Notes under the pieces: model-generated
What the model was told of the DNA's origin: nothing
The model's input: only the letters and a program-made list of their open reading frames with translations
The model's database searches: none
Program-made: the position numbers and the translations under genes
Shown: one piece after another, positions 20,028-29,949 of the stretch
How positions within the stretch are numbered: position 1 is the stretch's first letter
How the letters are laid out: the number at the start of each line of letters is the position of its first letter
Assembly: GCA_963820555.1 (NCBI GenBank)
Contig: CAWGAT010000043.1
Coordinates: 1,554 to 65,553 of the forward strand
Direction of reading: 5' to 3'
Origin: Candidatus Bathyarchaeota archaeon
GTDB lineage: Archaea > Thermoproteota > Bathyarchaeia > TCS64
DNA: 64,000 nt

Positions 20028-21068
20028 ATGAGCGTCTCCGGCTACGTCCCACCTCGGCTTGAACACTTGGATATTGAACTTACAAGAAAGTGCAACAACG
20101 ACTGTATTCACTGCTCTACTGGCACAGAAGAAGTGGGAAAGGAGCTCACCTTAGAGGGTGTAAAGCGGCTATTAGATGCTGGTGTAGCACTTGGATTAAG
20201 AAAAGTCGGATTCACGGGTGGTGAGCCGTTTCTCAGACGTGAGATGCTTATGGACCTCCTTGAGTATTCCTCCCAGACATTGGGTCTCTCTACTCATGTT
20301 CATTCTAATGGTACAATTATCGAACCCGATGACGCAATAAAATTGAAACAATATAATACGGAGACTACGGTATCTATCTTCAGTGCGGATCCAAAAACCC
20401 ATGATGAGATTACTAAGAGAGCAGGCTCATTCTTTGAAACGATTAGAGGATTAAAATACCTAATTGAAGCAGGCGCATATGTTAGCGTGTACTTTGTGCC
20501 AATGAAATGTAATTATAAAGGATTAAATGATGTAATCGACCTAGCTGAGAAAGTTGGATGCAAAGAAGTAAGAATACTCTCCCTATCTCCGACTGGAAGA
20601 GCTCTCAATAGCTATTATGATCTCCAGTTAGAGAAGGAAGATATTGAGAATCTAAACGTAGCGCTCCAAAACCGACAAAGAAACAGCTCAGTAGAAATCA
20701 AAGCTGGCTTCTGCACGAGGATCACATTCCCTGGTTTGACCACATTAGAAGGACATGATAGTTGTTATACTGCAAGGAATCGTCTGCATATCGATTCACA
20801 AGGGAATATTTACCCTTGTACGGCTGCGTCAGGGAGAATCGAGTTCTCCGCAGGGAATATTAAGGGAAGGGAAGCCGAGATTTCCCATATATGGAGGGAC
20901 TCGCCATTCTTGCAGTTACTAAGGAGTTTTCACGTTAATCGTCCAGAAAAGTGTCGTTTGTGTGAGCGATATGATAATTGTATGGGAGGGTGTAGAGTAG
21001 TGAATTACTACAAATTCGGCGATGTGTCTGTTATTAATCCTGTCTGCGAGCGAAGCAGGAATGGATAA
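20028..21068 (+). CDS. Radical SAM protein with SPASM domain
   Basis: CNNDCIHC, FTGGEP, HSNGT; C-terminal C...G.IYPC...CxxCx5CxGGC; GAGGTG RBS. Confidence 0.93.
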   Translation: MSVSGYVPPRLEHLDIELTRKCNNDCIHCSTGTEEVGKELTLEGVKRLLDAGVALGLRKVGFTGGEPFLRREMLMDLLEYSSQTLGLSTHVHSNGTIIEPDDAIKLKQYNTETTVSIFSADPKTHDEITKRAGSFFETIRGLKYLIEAGAYVSVYFVPMKCNYKGLNDVIDLAEKVGCKEVRILSLSPTGRALNSYYDLQLEKEDIENLNVALQNRQRNSSVEIKAGFCTRITFPGLTTLEGHDSCYTARNRLHIDSQGNIYPCTAASGRIEFSAGNIKGREAEISHIWRDSPFLQLLRSFHVNRPEKCRLCERYDNCMGGCRVVNYYKFGDVSVINPVCERSRNG

Positions 21069-21121
21069 TGAGAATAAGTGATTAGTTGTAAAGCTATCAT
21101 GCGATCACCATGTGAAAAAGT

Positions 21122-21494
21122 CTAGCCCAGTATTTTCCCTGCCTTGTTTTTCTTCCGGGGCACCCATTTTACTTGGAATATAAGCCCCTTGTCCTCGATC
21201 ATCTTCTTCACGATGTAATGATCAGGTTCCTTGACCTGATTCTACTTCGTAATCGGAGTTCATATGAGCTACAACGGTTTGATTATCACAGTAAATAACC
21301 CCTGAAGCCCCTTCGGGAAGGAGTGTAAGGGCATACTTTAGCGCTGCATATTCTATCTTGCTCACACCTTCGATTGGTGGTTCTTTTTCGGCGTGTAGAT
21401 CTTTCATATACGGTTCATCATTTATTACTGCACAAAGCAGAGTTGGAGACCCGTCGCAATAGACCTCGTATTTAATCCCGCGCGCTTCACTCAA
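21122..21494 (-). CDS. Small RNase HI-like protein (frameshift near 21225)
   Basis: YCDGS...EYAAL...IYCDNQTVV, continuing in another frame as ...VKWVPRKKNKAGKILG*. Confidence 0.75.
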
Positions 21495-22083
21495 TCTGAG
21501 TCAAGACACCGTTTTCGTAAAATCTCCACCTTCCTTTTGACCGTGGAAAGGCAGCGTCCATCCCTAATCGTGCATTCTTATAGGCTACCCAAGGACTACG
21601 ACCTTCATCTATCAAAGCCTTGTAGAGCAAAGTAGAAAACGCAGCAGCATATCCCCAATCAGTCTCTCTGATCGGTGCAATGATTGACCTACACCCTGCC
21701 TTTGTGAAGGCGTCTATCATATCTTTATGCCCAGCGTTGCAAGCAGAGAGAACCACTAGTTTCGGTTTGCTAATCTTCTCCTCCCATAGCTCTCCTAAAT
21801 CCTTCTTCGCACTGACCCTCATGAATCTCCCGTTCTTACGCCTCTGAATCTCAAGGCTTGTACCCCTGACCCCATTCATACCATGGGTACTAATGTGTAC
21901 ATACTCATGTTCCGCATTCTCAAGCGCATTTAGAAATACGCCTTTTCCAAGTGTATTTCTATACTCGACTCTATCAGCATATTTTAGAACCTTCATAAAC
22001 TCATAGAGAAGCTTGCCTTCAGACTTGCCCTCAACCTTTTCTGAAGTTGGTTCTAGTATTAGGAGTCGATGTTCTCTACCCAT
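21487..22083 (-). CDS. Stand-alone CHAT-domain (caspase-like) protease
   Basis: His/Cys dyad motifs VHISTHG and VVLSAC; AF...LY.AL..G. Confidence 0.85.
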   Translation of the reverse strand: MGREHRLLILEPTSEKVEGKSEGKLLYEFMKVLKYADRVEYRNTLGKGVFLNALENAEHEYVHISTHGMNGVRGTSLEIQRRKNGRFMRVSAKKDLGELWEEKISKPKLVVLSACNAGHKDMIDAFTKAGCRSIIAPIRETDWGYAAAFSTLLYKALIDEGRSPWVAYKNARLGMDAAFPRSKGRWRFYENGVLTQIE

Positions 22084-22252
22084 GATACCTAGCTATTTCC
22101 ATTTTATTAAAAAGATTTTATGGATGATAAAACAATGACCAATTAATGCCTAAGATCATGTATATTCATGCGTGCCATCTCTGCGCGTGGTACCAGTAAA
22201 TCTAAGCCCCGTTTGTTTTATTAAAGAACAAGTATAATGTAGAATTGATGAT

Positions 22253-22981
22253 ATGGACATAGAGAATTGGAACAGTAAACCGATTGATGTAGTAGAAAGT
22301 AAGAAGGGTAGACCATTTCTATGCGACTACAGCGATAATTTGATTCGGCTAAACAATCAAGTTTGGCCTCATCCCTTTATAGCGAAGAAACTCCGTAGAG
22401 CAAACAGAGCCAGGAGTTTCGCCAAAGACAATTATGATAAGCTAAGCACCAAATTAGGATTCTACTGTGATCTGCAGTCTCTCCGAAGCGAGGACGCTCT
22501 GACTTGGAGTGTCTTCGGAACCCTAGAACAGTCACCTCAGAACCAACGCTCCTCCTTCCTGAGGGAGCTTCTGAACAATGCAGGTATCAAGACAGAATCA
22601 AGGGACTTTAAGATAGATCTATGGAGCAGAATACCCCATCCTGACACCCATAAAAAAGCTAATGGGCCCGAGGTTGACTTCTGTATCGTCGGGGACGACG
22701 TCGTTGTGCTGGGTGAGTCGAAGTGGGGATCGCCTGTAGATAAGAAGCAAGGCAAGATGAAGGATAAGGACCAACTTCAGCTTAGGAGGGAGTATCTTGC
22801 TGGGATTGGTTCTAAGATCTATTCAGATAAGAAGTTTAAGGAAATCCTAGTTATTGGCAACGAGAAATATACAGAGGAGGGTTATCTCTCCTTAACTTGG
22901 AAACAGGTCTGCACCCAGATGAAGCACCCCGCGAACAAAGAGCTAGAGCGCTATTACGACTGGAAGTTGAAATTTTTATAG
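22253..22981 (+). CDS. Putative PD-(D/E)XK nuclease
   Basis: SEDALTWSVF...PEVD...GESK. Confidence 0.6.
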   Translation: MDIENWNSKPIDVVESKKGRPFLCDYSDNLIRLNNQVWPHPFIAKKLRRANRARSFAKDNYDKLSTKLGFYCDLQSLRSEDALTWSVFGTLEQSPQNQRSSFLRELLNNAGIKTESRDFKIDLWSRIPHPDTHKKANGPEVDFCIVGDDVVVLGESKWGSPVDKKQGKMKDKDQLQLRREYLAGIGSKIYSDKKFKEILVIGNEKYTEEGYLSLTWKQVCTQMKHPANKELERYYDWKLKFL

Positions 22982-24211
22982 AATTTGCGAATGCGCACAC
23001 TGCAGTTTACTCCCCATTCAAGGCTCGGTAGACGATGGTAACTGGCAAGTTCTATGCGCCAGTTTTCCCTCGTTGGGACAGTTGTAGGGGATGAGATCCG
23101 ATGGAATTGGCTGTCCATAGTCCGATACACATGAGGACTGGGAGGAGATCCGGGAAGGCACTGCCAGTCGCTGTCTAAGTGGCCATCCTATGCACGATTG
23201 ATTTAGTTCTCCGCTGTCATCTCCATAGACAGGATTCATCGGGTGCCTTCGTATCTCCACTCCTGCTGAGCATCAGCAGGTGTCCCACCGAGCATTGGCC
23301 AGTGTCGTCCAGTATCTCTGGAGAAGATGTCTACGGTCTGGGCGGTTCCCCATATGTCCAGCAGGAGATACGCCGCCTGCACGGTTAATAGTCCTCATGA
23401 CCTATCTGCACAGCACATCAACTCGCCCACGACCTCAACAAGCACGTCTGGATGACGGGCTGGAATGCCTCAAAGTGGGCAGTAAGCATCAGGCATGCCC
23501 CCCGTAGACGGCCTCAGGAGGCCCCCCCCTTCGCCCCTTTCCGCCGCTTTAGCCTTCACCCTCTCCTCTTTTTTCTTGGTTCTTGTAGCGGTTCCTTTCA
23601 AACGTCCAATGGCCAGAGAGTCTAATCCAGTTATCGCCTGTATCTCCTGAACATCAGCTGTAATATCCCGTTTGAAGATCTCAATGATTATCTCCTGGTC
23701 GGTCTTTCCACTTCTCCTGAGAAGCTCGAAGACTTCAGCTGTACCGGATTCAGTTCCAGGAGAACACCACCTGGTAGCTCCCCCAAGTACGGTTCTTCTC
23801 CACCTGACAAATCCATCGAAAAACTATTATCACCAGCTGAGGTGTTATGCTCCATTCGGAGACCGTGTCTGATCGTCCCCTGTCTCCCATGCGTTATCTC
23901 TCGGGATACCATAAGGGACACAAGTTTTGTATTTTATCTTGCCTGGGCATGATTAGACCCCTGATTTCGGCTCGGTGCCAGCGCTCGACGAATTATCTGT
24001 TTTCGAGTAAATATTTTGAGGCGACAGGGGGATGTCGCCATTTGGTGTGAAGACCCCGCCACCCCACAAACCATTTTTCATAAGGGTGTCTCTGAAATAC
24101 TCTGAGATCGCTAGATTCGAGGTAGTCGTTGAGTTTGACGTAGTCCACAATCCTAGGGTACCACTAGCGCGCGCACATTGAAAGATAATAATAGTTCATT
24201 AGACTTCCATA

Positions 24212-24625
24212 TTGAGGGAAAGTGTCGCACGGTGGATGAGGATAAAGAGAAAACACGTCGGCTTCCTCTTCTGCCCCAGTTGCGGGGAGTGGCGTGAACC
24301 CGTTGCGGCGACCAAAGTGGAAGACGAGAATAAGAATCGGTGCCGTGTCTGCGGCTACGACTTCGGCGAGATCACGGACTCCATGCGGCTCGATAAGCGC
24401 GTGTTGGCGGCGGTCTGCCCCGCATGCGGCATGGAGATCCACTGCACGGAGGAGAACACGCTGAGCGGAGTCGGTGGCGTCAGAGAGCTCTTCTGCCCGA
24501 GGTGCCGGCGGATAATTGCTCGCCATTTAAACGGGAGATGGGTCGGGGTAGAGGAGGCGCCGCGCTCCGAGAGGGGGGACTCACACGCGTCAGGTTCCAA
24601 AATGATGAGGGCGCCGGGAGAATAA
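24212..24625 (+). CDS. Multi zinc-ribbon protein
   Basis: CPSC, CRVC, CPAC, CPRC. Confidence 0.65.
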   Translation: MRESVARWMRIKRKHVGFLFCPSCGEWREPVAATKVEDENKNRCRVCGYDFGEITDSMRLDKRVLAAVCPACGMEIHCTEENTLSGVGGVRELFCPRCRRIIARHLNGRWVGVEEAPRSERGDSHASGSKMMRAPGE

Positions 24626-24799
24626 TGGCGTGTGCGCGCCGATCCATAGGATATGAGGAGCAGAGGTAGGTTGCTCCCAGGATTGGGAGCTTGTAGGCCC
24701 ACGCCATGTAGAGGGTGAGCCAGGAGAAGGGGGCGCCGAGCCAGGACGCGCGCGCTTTATTTCCAAAAGATAATAAGCAAAATACCATTTCACAATTAT

Positions 24800-26023
24800 A
24801 TGAGTGTTAATGCAATGTCAATAAGGGTTTTGACGAAGGAGGATTTATGGTGCACCGTATTGGGTGGATCAGCCTTATCCACAGGAGGTGGAGGCGCTCC
24901 GCCAAGTTACGAGGATTTTAGCAAGATAGTAGACCGCAGTATAGAAAAGGGACATAAATTTAGGCTAGCTGATGCGAAGACGATGGCAAGTAACAAACTA
25001 ATCTTCATCTCAGCGGGCATAGGCGGAGGTCTTCAGAGGGAGAAGGCCGAGAAGTATCTCCGTCGCTATACCAGTGTCCAGGAGTGGATTAGGGAGATGG
25101 ACAGGGTTTTTCCTCTTCCTTCATGGGCGGAGGTGCCTGATGATCGATGGCAAGAGGCAACTCATAGAAGGATGGTTGAACTTAAGGGAGATGAACCTTA
25201 TGGTTTCATGCCATTTGAGGCTGGTCCAAATAACTATCGTGAGTTCTTAATCGCGGGGGAGAAAGGAAAGGTTGTTGTAGATGCTGATACTGCCGGACAT
25301 AGAGCTGTTCCTGAAGTATCTCTCTCTTGTTTGAATGTAGTTAACGCGCCGCTAACGCCGGTGGTCGTCACTACATCGTGGGGTGATCTTGCGGTGTTCG
25401 AAAAGCTACTTAGTTGGCAGAGATGCGAGGACCTGCTGAGGCACATCGCTGTCACCTCAGGTGGGGGTTGCGCCAGTATATTTAGCTTCGACACGGAGTG
25501 GATAAAGAAAGGAACCGACCACGGGAGTCTCACGCTATCCATGAGCTTGGGTAGGTCCATCCTCGACGCAAGGAACAAGGGAAAGGACCCGGTAGAGGCG
25601 ATAGTAAAGGCAGGAGCCGGTTATCGGCTCTTCGAAGGAGAGATAGCGGCCTACACTAATGAGGGCCACGACTCCTTCACGTGGGGAAACGCATGGATAA
25701 AGGGTGGAGGCAATTACTCTGGTCATACGATGAAGATTTGGTTCCAGAACGAGAATCAGATCAGCTGGCTCGATGATGTACCCTTCGTCACTTGCCCCGA
25801 TCCATTCACAGTCTTGGACGTGAAAACGGGTGAAGGACTGTCCAATTTTAATCCGGCGAGCTGGATTCAGGGTAGGAAGGTCGCGGTCTGGGGTTTAAGG
25901 GCGGCTGCTCCTTGGAGAACTGAACGGGGATTAAAGATTTATAACCCAAAACACTTCGGCTTCGACATCAGTTATAAGCCCATTGAGGACGTTGTGGAAA
26001 AAGTGGGTGCCAAGTTCCAATAA
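24800..26023 (+). CDS. DUF917 family protein
   Basis: LGG..LSTGGGG, E.GP.N, VDAD..G.RA.PE, FQNEN, CPD. Confidence 0.85.
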   Translation: MSVNAMSIRVLTKEDLWCTVLGGSALSTGGGGAPPSYEDFSKIVDRSIEKGHKFRLADAKTMASNKLIFISAGIGGGLQREKAEKYLRRYTSVQEWIREMDRVFPLPSWAEVPDDRWQEATHRRMVELKGDEPYGFMPFEAGPNNYREFLIAGEKGKVVVDADTAGHRAVPEVSLSCLNVVNAPLTPVVVTTSWGDLAVFEKLLSWQRCEDLLRHIAVTSGGGCASIFSFDTEWIKKGTDHGSLTLSMSLGRSILDARNKGKDPVEAIVKAGAGYRLFEGEIAAYTNEGHDSFTWGNAWIKGGGNYSGHTMKIWFQNENQISWLDDVPFVTCPDPFTVLDVKTGEGLSNFNPASWIQGRKVAVWGLRAAAPWRTERGLKIYNPKHFGFDISYKPIEDVVEKVGAKFQ

Positions 26024-26550
26024 TCACTCACCGCGCGCGTATGCCCACCTCATCTAAGCCTTCTCTTTTCGGAGGGTTTAGGGTACGACAGCTTACTATG
26101 TCTTAGACTTGACCTTACAGGCATTGAGGCGAGGTTTATGGCAGCCGTGAGGGGCTCTACGACGCGCGCGCCCTGGAGATCGAGGAGAGACCTTAGAAGT
26201 TTTACCAAGTTTGGTAAATCTTCTGATCCATTATTTTCTCGACGTGATTCAAACCCACGACAGAAGGATCGAGATCTCAGCTGATACGTTAATGCCTTTA
26301 CCCCCAATTATTCGATAATGAACCCCTTTTCTTTTCCTCATCCCTCTAAGGTATAACCCTTTTTGGGGGGTAATAACCCTCTCATACTCTAATAAATAAA
26401 TATAGTAATTTCTACGGCTCAAGGGGCATTTTTTAAGTGGATTCGCAAACAGTTTTAAGTATGGTACTTTGAGACTTCATTGTTCCTCTTCTTAGCGTAG
26501 TAGTATGCCATAGCCTACGGTCTCCGCGACACCGTATTCAAGCCTTACGG

Positions 26551-27741
26551 TTAATGCCACATGACCCCGGCAAGGGCGGAGAGGCTCCTCTCGACGCCGC
26601 CCCCGATCCCCTTGCGGTTAAGATCGACGAGGCGTCTGTCGAATGAGTCGGTGCCGAGAATCTCCTCGGCGAGCAGGAGGAGCCCGTCCTTCTCTATGTT
26701 CCTCTGGTGGACGGCGTGGGCGACGCCTAGCTCCTGGGCCCTCCTCGCGTTCCCGTACTGCTCGGGGTGCTTCGGGACGGGGATGATTATGGAGGGCTTC
26801 CCGTAGCAGATGCTCTGCATCATTGTCTCGTGCCCGCCTCGGGATATCACGAGGTCGCAGGCGTTGAGGATGTCGAACCTATCATTGATCCAGTCCACCT
26901 CGATGAGTGAGCCCTTTCTGACCAGAGTCGAGGTGCCATTTGGGTTCCCCATTGACATGATGACCCTGTATTCATCGGGGAAAGACTCGAAGATTGGTGC
27001 GAGTATCCTGAGCAGGGGCAGCCTCTCGGCGCGGGGACCGCTTATACCCGCGTAAATAAGCTTCTGGTCAGGCCTAACTCCAAGCTCCGCCTTGACTCCA
27101 TCTTTGCTCCTAGCCTCCCCCGGCATCTTCGGGAGGATGGCTCCAATGAGCTCCACCTTGCTCCTGTATGGGCCGGGTATCCTCAGACAGTCGATGCTCA
27201 GAGTGTAGGGCGCTGGGAAGTCGGGTATGAGTATCTTGTCGGCGTACCCCCACCCCCTCCCGATGAGTGTCATGATGACGCCGTCGGCGACCTTCGCCAG
27301 CATGAACATGTCTCTCTGTCTGGGGAAGAGCGGAGTGAATTGGTTGAGGATGAGGAGGACCGGGACGCCAAGCATACGCGCCGCGAAGATGGAGGAGAGG
27401 CGAGAGTCCGAGACGACGGCGTCGGGTCTGAAGGCCTTTATGTGTTTGATCTCCTCGTTGACCTGCCTCAGGAATGTGGGGAAGGTTTTGACGCCCTGCC
27501 GTACTGATGACATTCTGAGGTCGATGCTGCCGGAGGAGTCGTTCGCCATCGAGATGGGAGGGACGGAGACGGCGCGGAATCCCTGCATCTTGGCGTAATC
27601 CACGCCCTCCAGGTATGTGGAGAAGAGTATCTCGGCGCCGCGTCTTCGGAGCTCCATGGCGATGGGCATGTTCCGGCTGACGTGGCCCAGCCCTATTCCG
27701 TTCGGGGTGAAGTATACCCGCGCACCCTTGAAGTCCTCCAA
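26551..27741 (-). CDS. GT28/MurG-like glycosyltransferase
   Basis: GIGLGHVSR, DLVISRGGHET, P.P.HPEQYGNA. Confidence 0.88.
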   Translation of the reverse strand: MEDFKGARVYFTPNGIGLGHVSRNMPIAMELRRRGAEILFSTYLEGVDYAKMQGFRAVSVPPISMANDSSGSIDLRMSSVRQGVKTFPTFLRQVNEEIKHIKAFRPDAVVSDSRLSSIFAARMLGVPVLLILNQFTPLFPRQRDMFMLAKVADGVIMTLIGRGWGYADKILIPDFPAPYTLSIDCLRIPGPYRSKVELIGAILPKMPGEARSKDGVKAELGVRPDQKLIYAGISGPRAERLPLLRILAPIFESFPDEYRVIMSMGNPNGTSTLVRKGSLIEVDWINDRFDILNACDLVISRGGHETMMQSICYGKPSIIIPVPKHPEQYGNARRAQELGVAHAVHQRNIEKDGLLLLAEEILGTDSFDRRLVDLNRKGIGGGVERSLSALAGVMWH

Positions 27742-27748
27742 GGGACCC

Positions 27749-28369
27749 TCACTCGCCCCTAATCTCCAGCCTCTTCACATCCCCGCCTGGGGTCTCCTCG
27801 GCGAAGATGATGGCTTGGAACTTGGAGACCTCGGTCCCCGGGACGAGCCACGCATCGGGGGAGAGTCCCGCCTTCACGCAGCACTGTGAGAGGAACTCCT
27901 CGGAGTCCCAACCCCACTCTGTCGCCACCTGGGGGAGGAGCAAGCCGCTCCGCCCTCCACGCTTCACAATTAATCCGTCGCACCCCACCTTGACTGCGGA
28001 GGGACTCTGCTCCGGCTTATTCATCTTAATCGACTCCGGAGGCGTGAGGATACTCACCTCGACAACTATCTCGGCAAGCTCCTTTCTGTTCAGCCTCGGG
28101 AACCTCGGGTCCTCAAAAGCCGCGGCATAGGCGACATCGTTGACGGCCTCGACGAGGGGTTTGATTGGGTAGGGGTAGCCTATGCAGCCCCTGAGCTGCG
28201 GCTCGCTGCTCCGAAGTGTGTTGAGGGTGACGAAGACCCCGCAGATCTCCCGCGTCTTCGGGGGAGCGTCATCGAGGGTGACCTCGGCCTTCGTGAAGGC
28301 GGCCTCTATCGTCCTCCTCGCCAATCTGACGAGGTACGTCCCCTCTTCTAGCGTAAGGTCGAAGGTCAT
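27749..28369 (-). CDS. AMMECR1 domain protein
   Basis: GVFVT...LRGCIG, AAFEDPRF, EVSILT, GLLLPQV. Confidence 0.95.
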   Translation of the reverse strand: MTFDLTLEEGTYLVRLARRTIEAAFTKAEVTLDDAPPKTREICGVFVTLNTLRSSEPQLRGCIGYPYPIKPLVEAVNDVAYAAAFEDPRFPRLNRKELAEIVVEVSILTPPESIKMNKPEQSPSAVKVGCDGLIVKRGGRSGLLLPQVATEWGWDSEEFLSQCCVKAGLSPDAWLVPGTEVSKFQAIIFAEETPGGDVKRLEIRGE

Positions 28370-28429
28370 CTCGCTACCTCTTCCATCATTCGGGTGCCCG
28401 GCGCGTTTTAAAGCCTGCCGGAGGGCTCC

Positions 28430-28895
28430 CTAACCCCTTCCCGCGCTGCTGAGGGTCTCAACTATCCTCGGCCAGTGGCTACCGCGCCAGTAGACGCTCC
28501 CGCAGATGGGGCACATCCAGTATTCATCGATCACATTGTATGTCCCCTCGGGGACCTTGCCGGTGACCTCCGCCTTCGCGACCTTGTCAACTGTGTTGTT
28601 GCATTTCGGGCACCGTGCCTGGAATGGGTCGTACACAAGTCCCAGCTCAGTGGCGAGCTGGCGCAGTGCACCCTCGTCGCCCTCGTTCTTAATGTATATT
28701 GCTTCGACGCCACGCTTGTGGGCCCTGTTAACCAGGGCCTCGTCCCGAGTGAGCAGGATGCGGCCCTCCATCCTTGCGTCCTCTATCAAGTTCGTCGTCT
28801 GGCGTGTCCTTCCTGTATTCGGTGTCGTATCCACCCATGCGCAGCCACCTGGATAGGGAGCCGAGCATGCCGTCTAGGAGGAAGCGTGGCCTCAT
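28430..28895 (-). CDS. Mut7-C RNase (PIN-like + Zn ribbon), frameshift near 28790
   Basis: MRPRFLLDGMLGSLSRWLRMGGYDT joined to RILLTRD...RCPKCN...CPICGSVYWRGSH. Confidence 0.88.
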
Positions 28896-28921
28896 CTCTA
28901 GGTAGAATTGTGCTACGGGGT

Positions 28922-29485
28922 TTATTCTTCCTTCTCCTCGGCTCGGCAGTCCTCGCAGAGGAACTCGCCATCGACGGCGCGAAGGTTTGTTGAGTAGGTC
29001 TCGCAGCGGTCGCAGTAGCCAACCGTTGAGGGGCTGAAGCCGTTACCAGAGCCGTTGATCTTGGAGTTTTCCCTGACTATCTCCATGATTGTGGGGATTA
29101 TCCTTATGATGTCCTTGTGGCTGATTATGCCGACTAGCTGCCCCTTGTAGGTTACGCCAAGGCGTCGGATGTTGAGCTTATCCATCATCCTCATTGCGTC
29201 GACGATGGGGGTCTCAGCCTTGACGACCCTGAGGGGGCTGGACATGACATCGCCGGCCTTAACCCCTTGGAGGGACTTGCCATCCGCTACGACCCTGAGG
29301 ACTATGTCCCTCTCGGTGACTATGCCTATTGGCTGGCCTTCCGCGTTGTTTACGACGATGGCGCCTAGCTTTTGCTCTCGCATCAGTTTGGCGACCTCAG
29401 TGATATCACTCTCCTCATTCACGGAGAATACGGGGCTAGACATCGCTTCCCGTACCATCATCTTTGGCTCAAGCTCGAGACTCAA
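28922..29485 (-). CDS. Tandem CBS domain protein with C-terminal Zn ribbon
   Basis: GIVTERDI, VMSSP, GIISHKDI; CDRC/CEDC. Confidence 0.9.
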   Translation of the reverse strand: MSLELEPKMMVREAMSSPVFSVNEESDITEVAKLMREQKLGAIVVNNAEGQPIGIVTERDIVLRVVADGKSLQGVKAGDVMSSPLRVVKAETPIVDAMRMMDKLNIRRLGVTYKGQLVGIISHKDIIRIIPTIMEIVRENSKINGSGNGFSPSTVGYCDRCETYSTNLRAVDGEFLCEDCRAEEKEE

Positions 29486-29563
29486 CGCCTACGCCTCCGT
29501 TTGGACAACGGACTCTTGGTATAAAAAGGGTATGAAGTGGTAACATGTAATAGGCGGTGAAGC

Positions 29564-29899
29564 CTATCCGCCGACGAGGCTGACGCATCCGCAGTTGTCG
29601 CAGATGATTATACCCCCGTTCGCTTTCACGGATGCTACTCCGACCCATCCTCCGCATCTGCTGCACTTGACGAGGACGCCACCCCCCGCAGAAGACACCT
29701 TGATCTCACCCGCCTTTTCTATACCGGTGAGGAGGTTGGGGCGTTTGAGGCCGAGTCTGGACGCCATGATGCGTATAGAATTGATACTCCTAGAGGGGAT
29801 GTTGTTCTGGAGATCCGAGAGTGTAACTGTTGTTGGGTATAACTTTCGTAGGGTATCGACTTCCTGTTCGGTCCAGCCTCTCGGTCTCATCAATTGCAT
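29564..29899 (-). CDS. Myb/SANT-like HTH + Zn ribbon protein
   Basis: WTEQE...L...Y...RS.NSI...ASRLGL; CSRC, CDNC. Confidence 0.7.
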   Translation of the reverse strand: MQLMRPRGWTEQEVDTLRKLYPTTVTLSDLQNNIPSRSINSIRIMASRLGLKRPNLLTGIEKAGEIKVSSAGGGVLVKCSRCGGWVGVASVKANGGIIICDNCGCVSLVGG

Positions 29900-29949
29900 A
29901 GTTACCCCTGGGTTTTTGTTGTAGCGTGTTGTGATGCCTGCATTCGCAG

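Larger units (their letters stand above)
1..24170. mobile_element. Integrated element / defence island (left end outside window, right end approximate)
   Basis: Dense nucleases, RM-like helicase/MTase genes, TIR, CHAT and a PCNA paralogue, with mosaic GC content. No integrase or att site seen. Confidence 0.65.

Noticed and set aside
20028-21068. Prokaryotic viperin
   Set aside because: Has a full Cys-rich SPASM domain and no viperin-specific motifs that I can recognise.
24672-24691. GCTCCCA-GGAT-TGGGAGC hairpin as a tRNA or att-site remnant
   Set aside because: No cloverleaf, T-loop TTCRA or CCA context; just a 7-bp stem.
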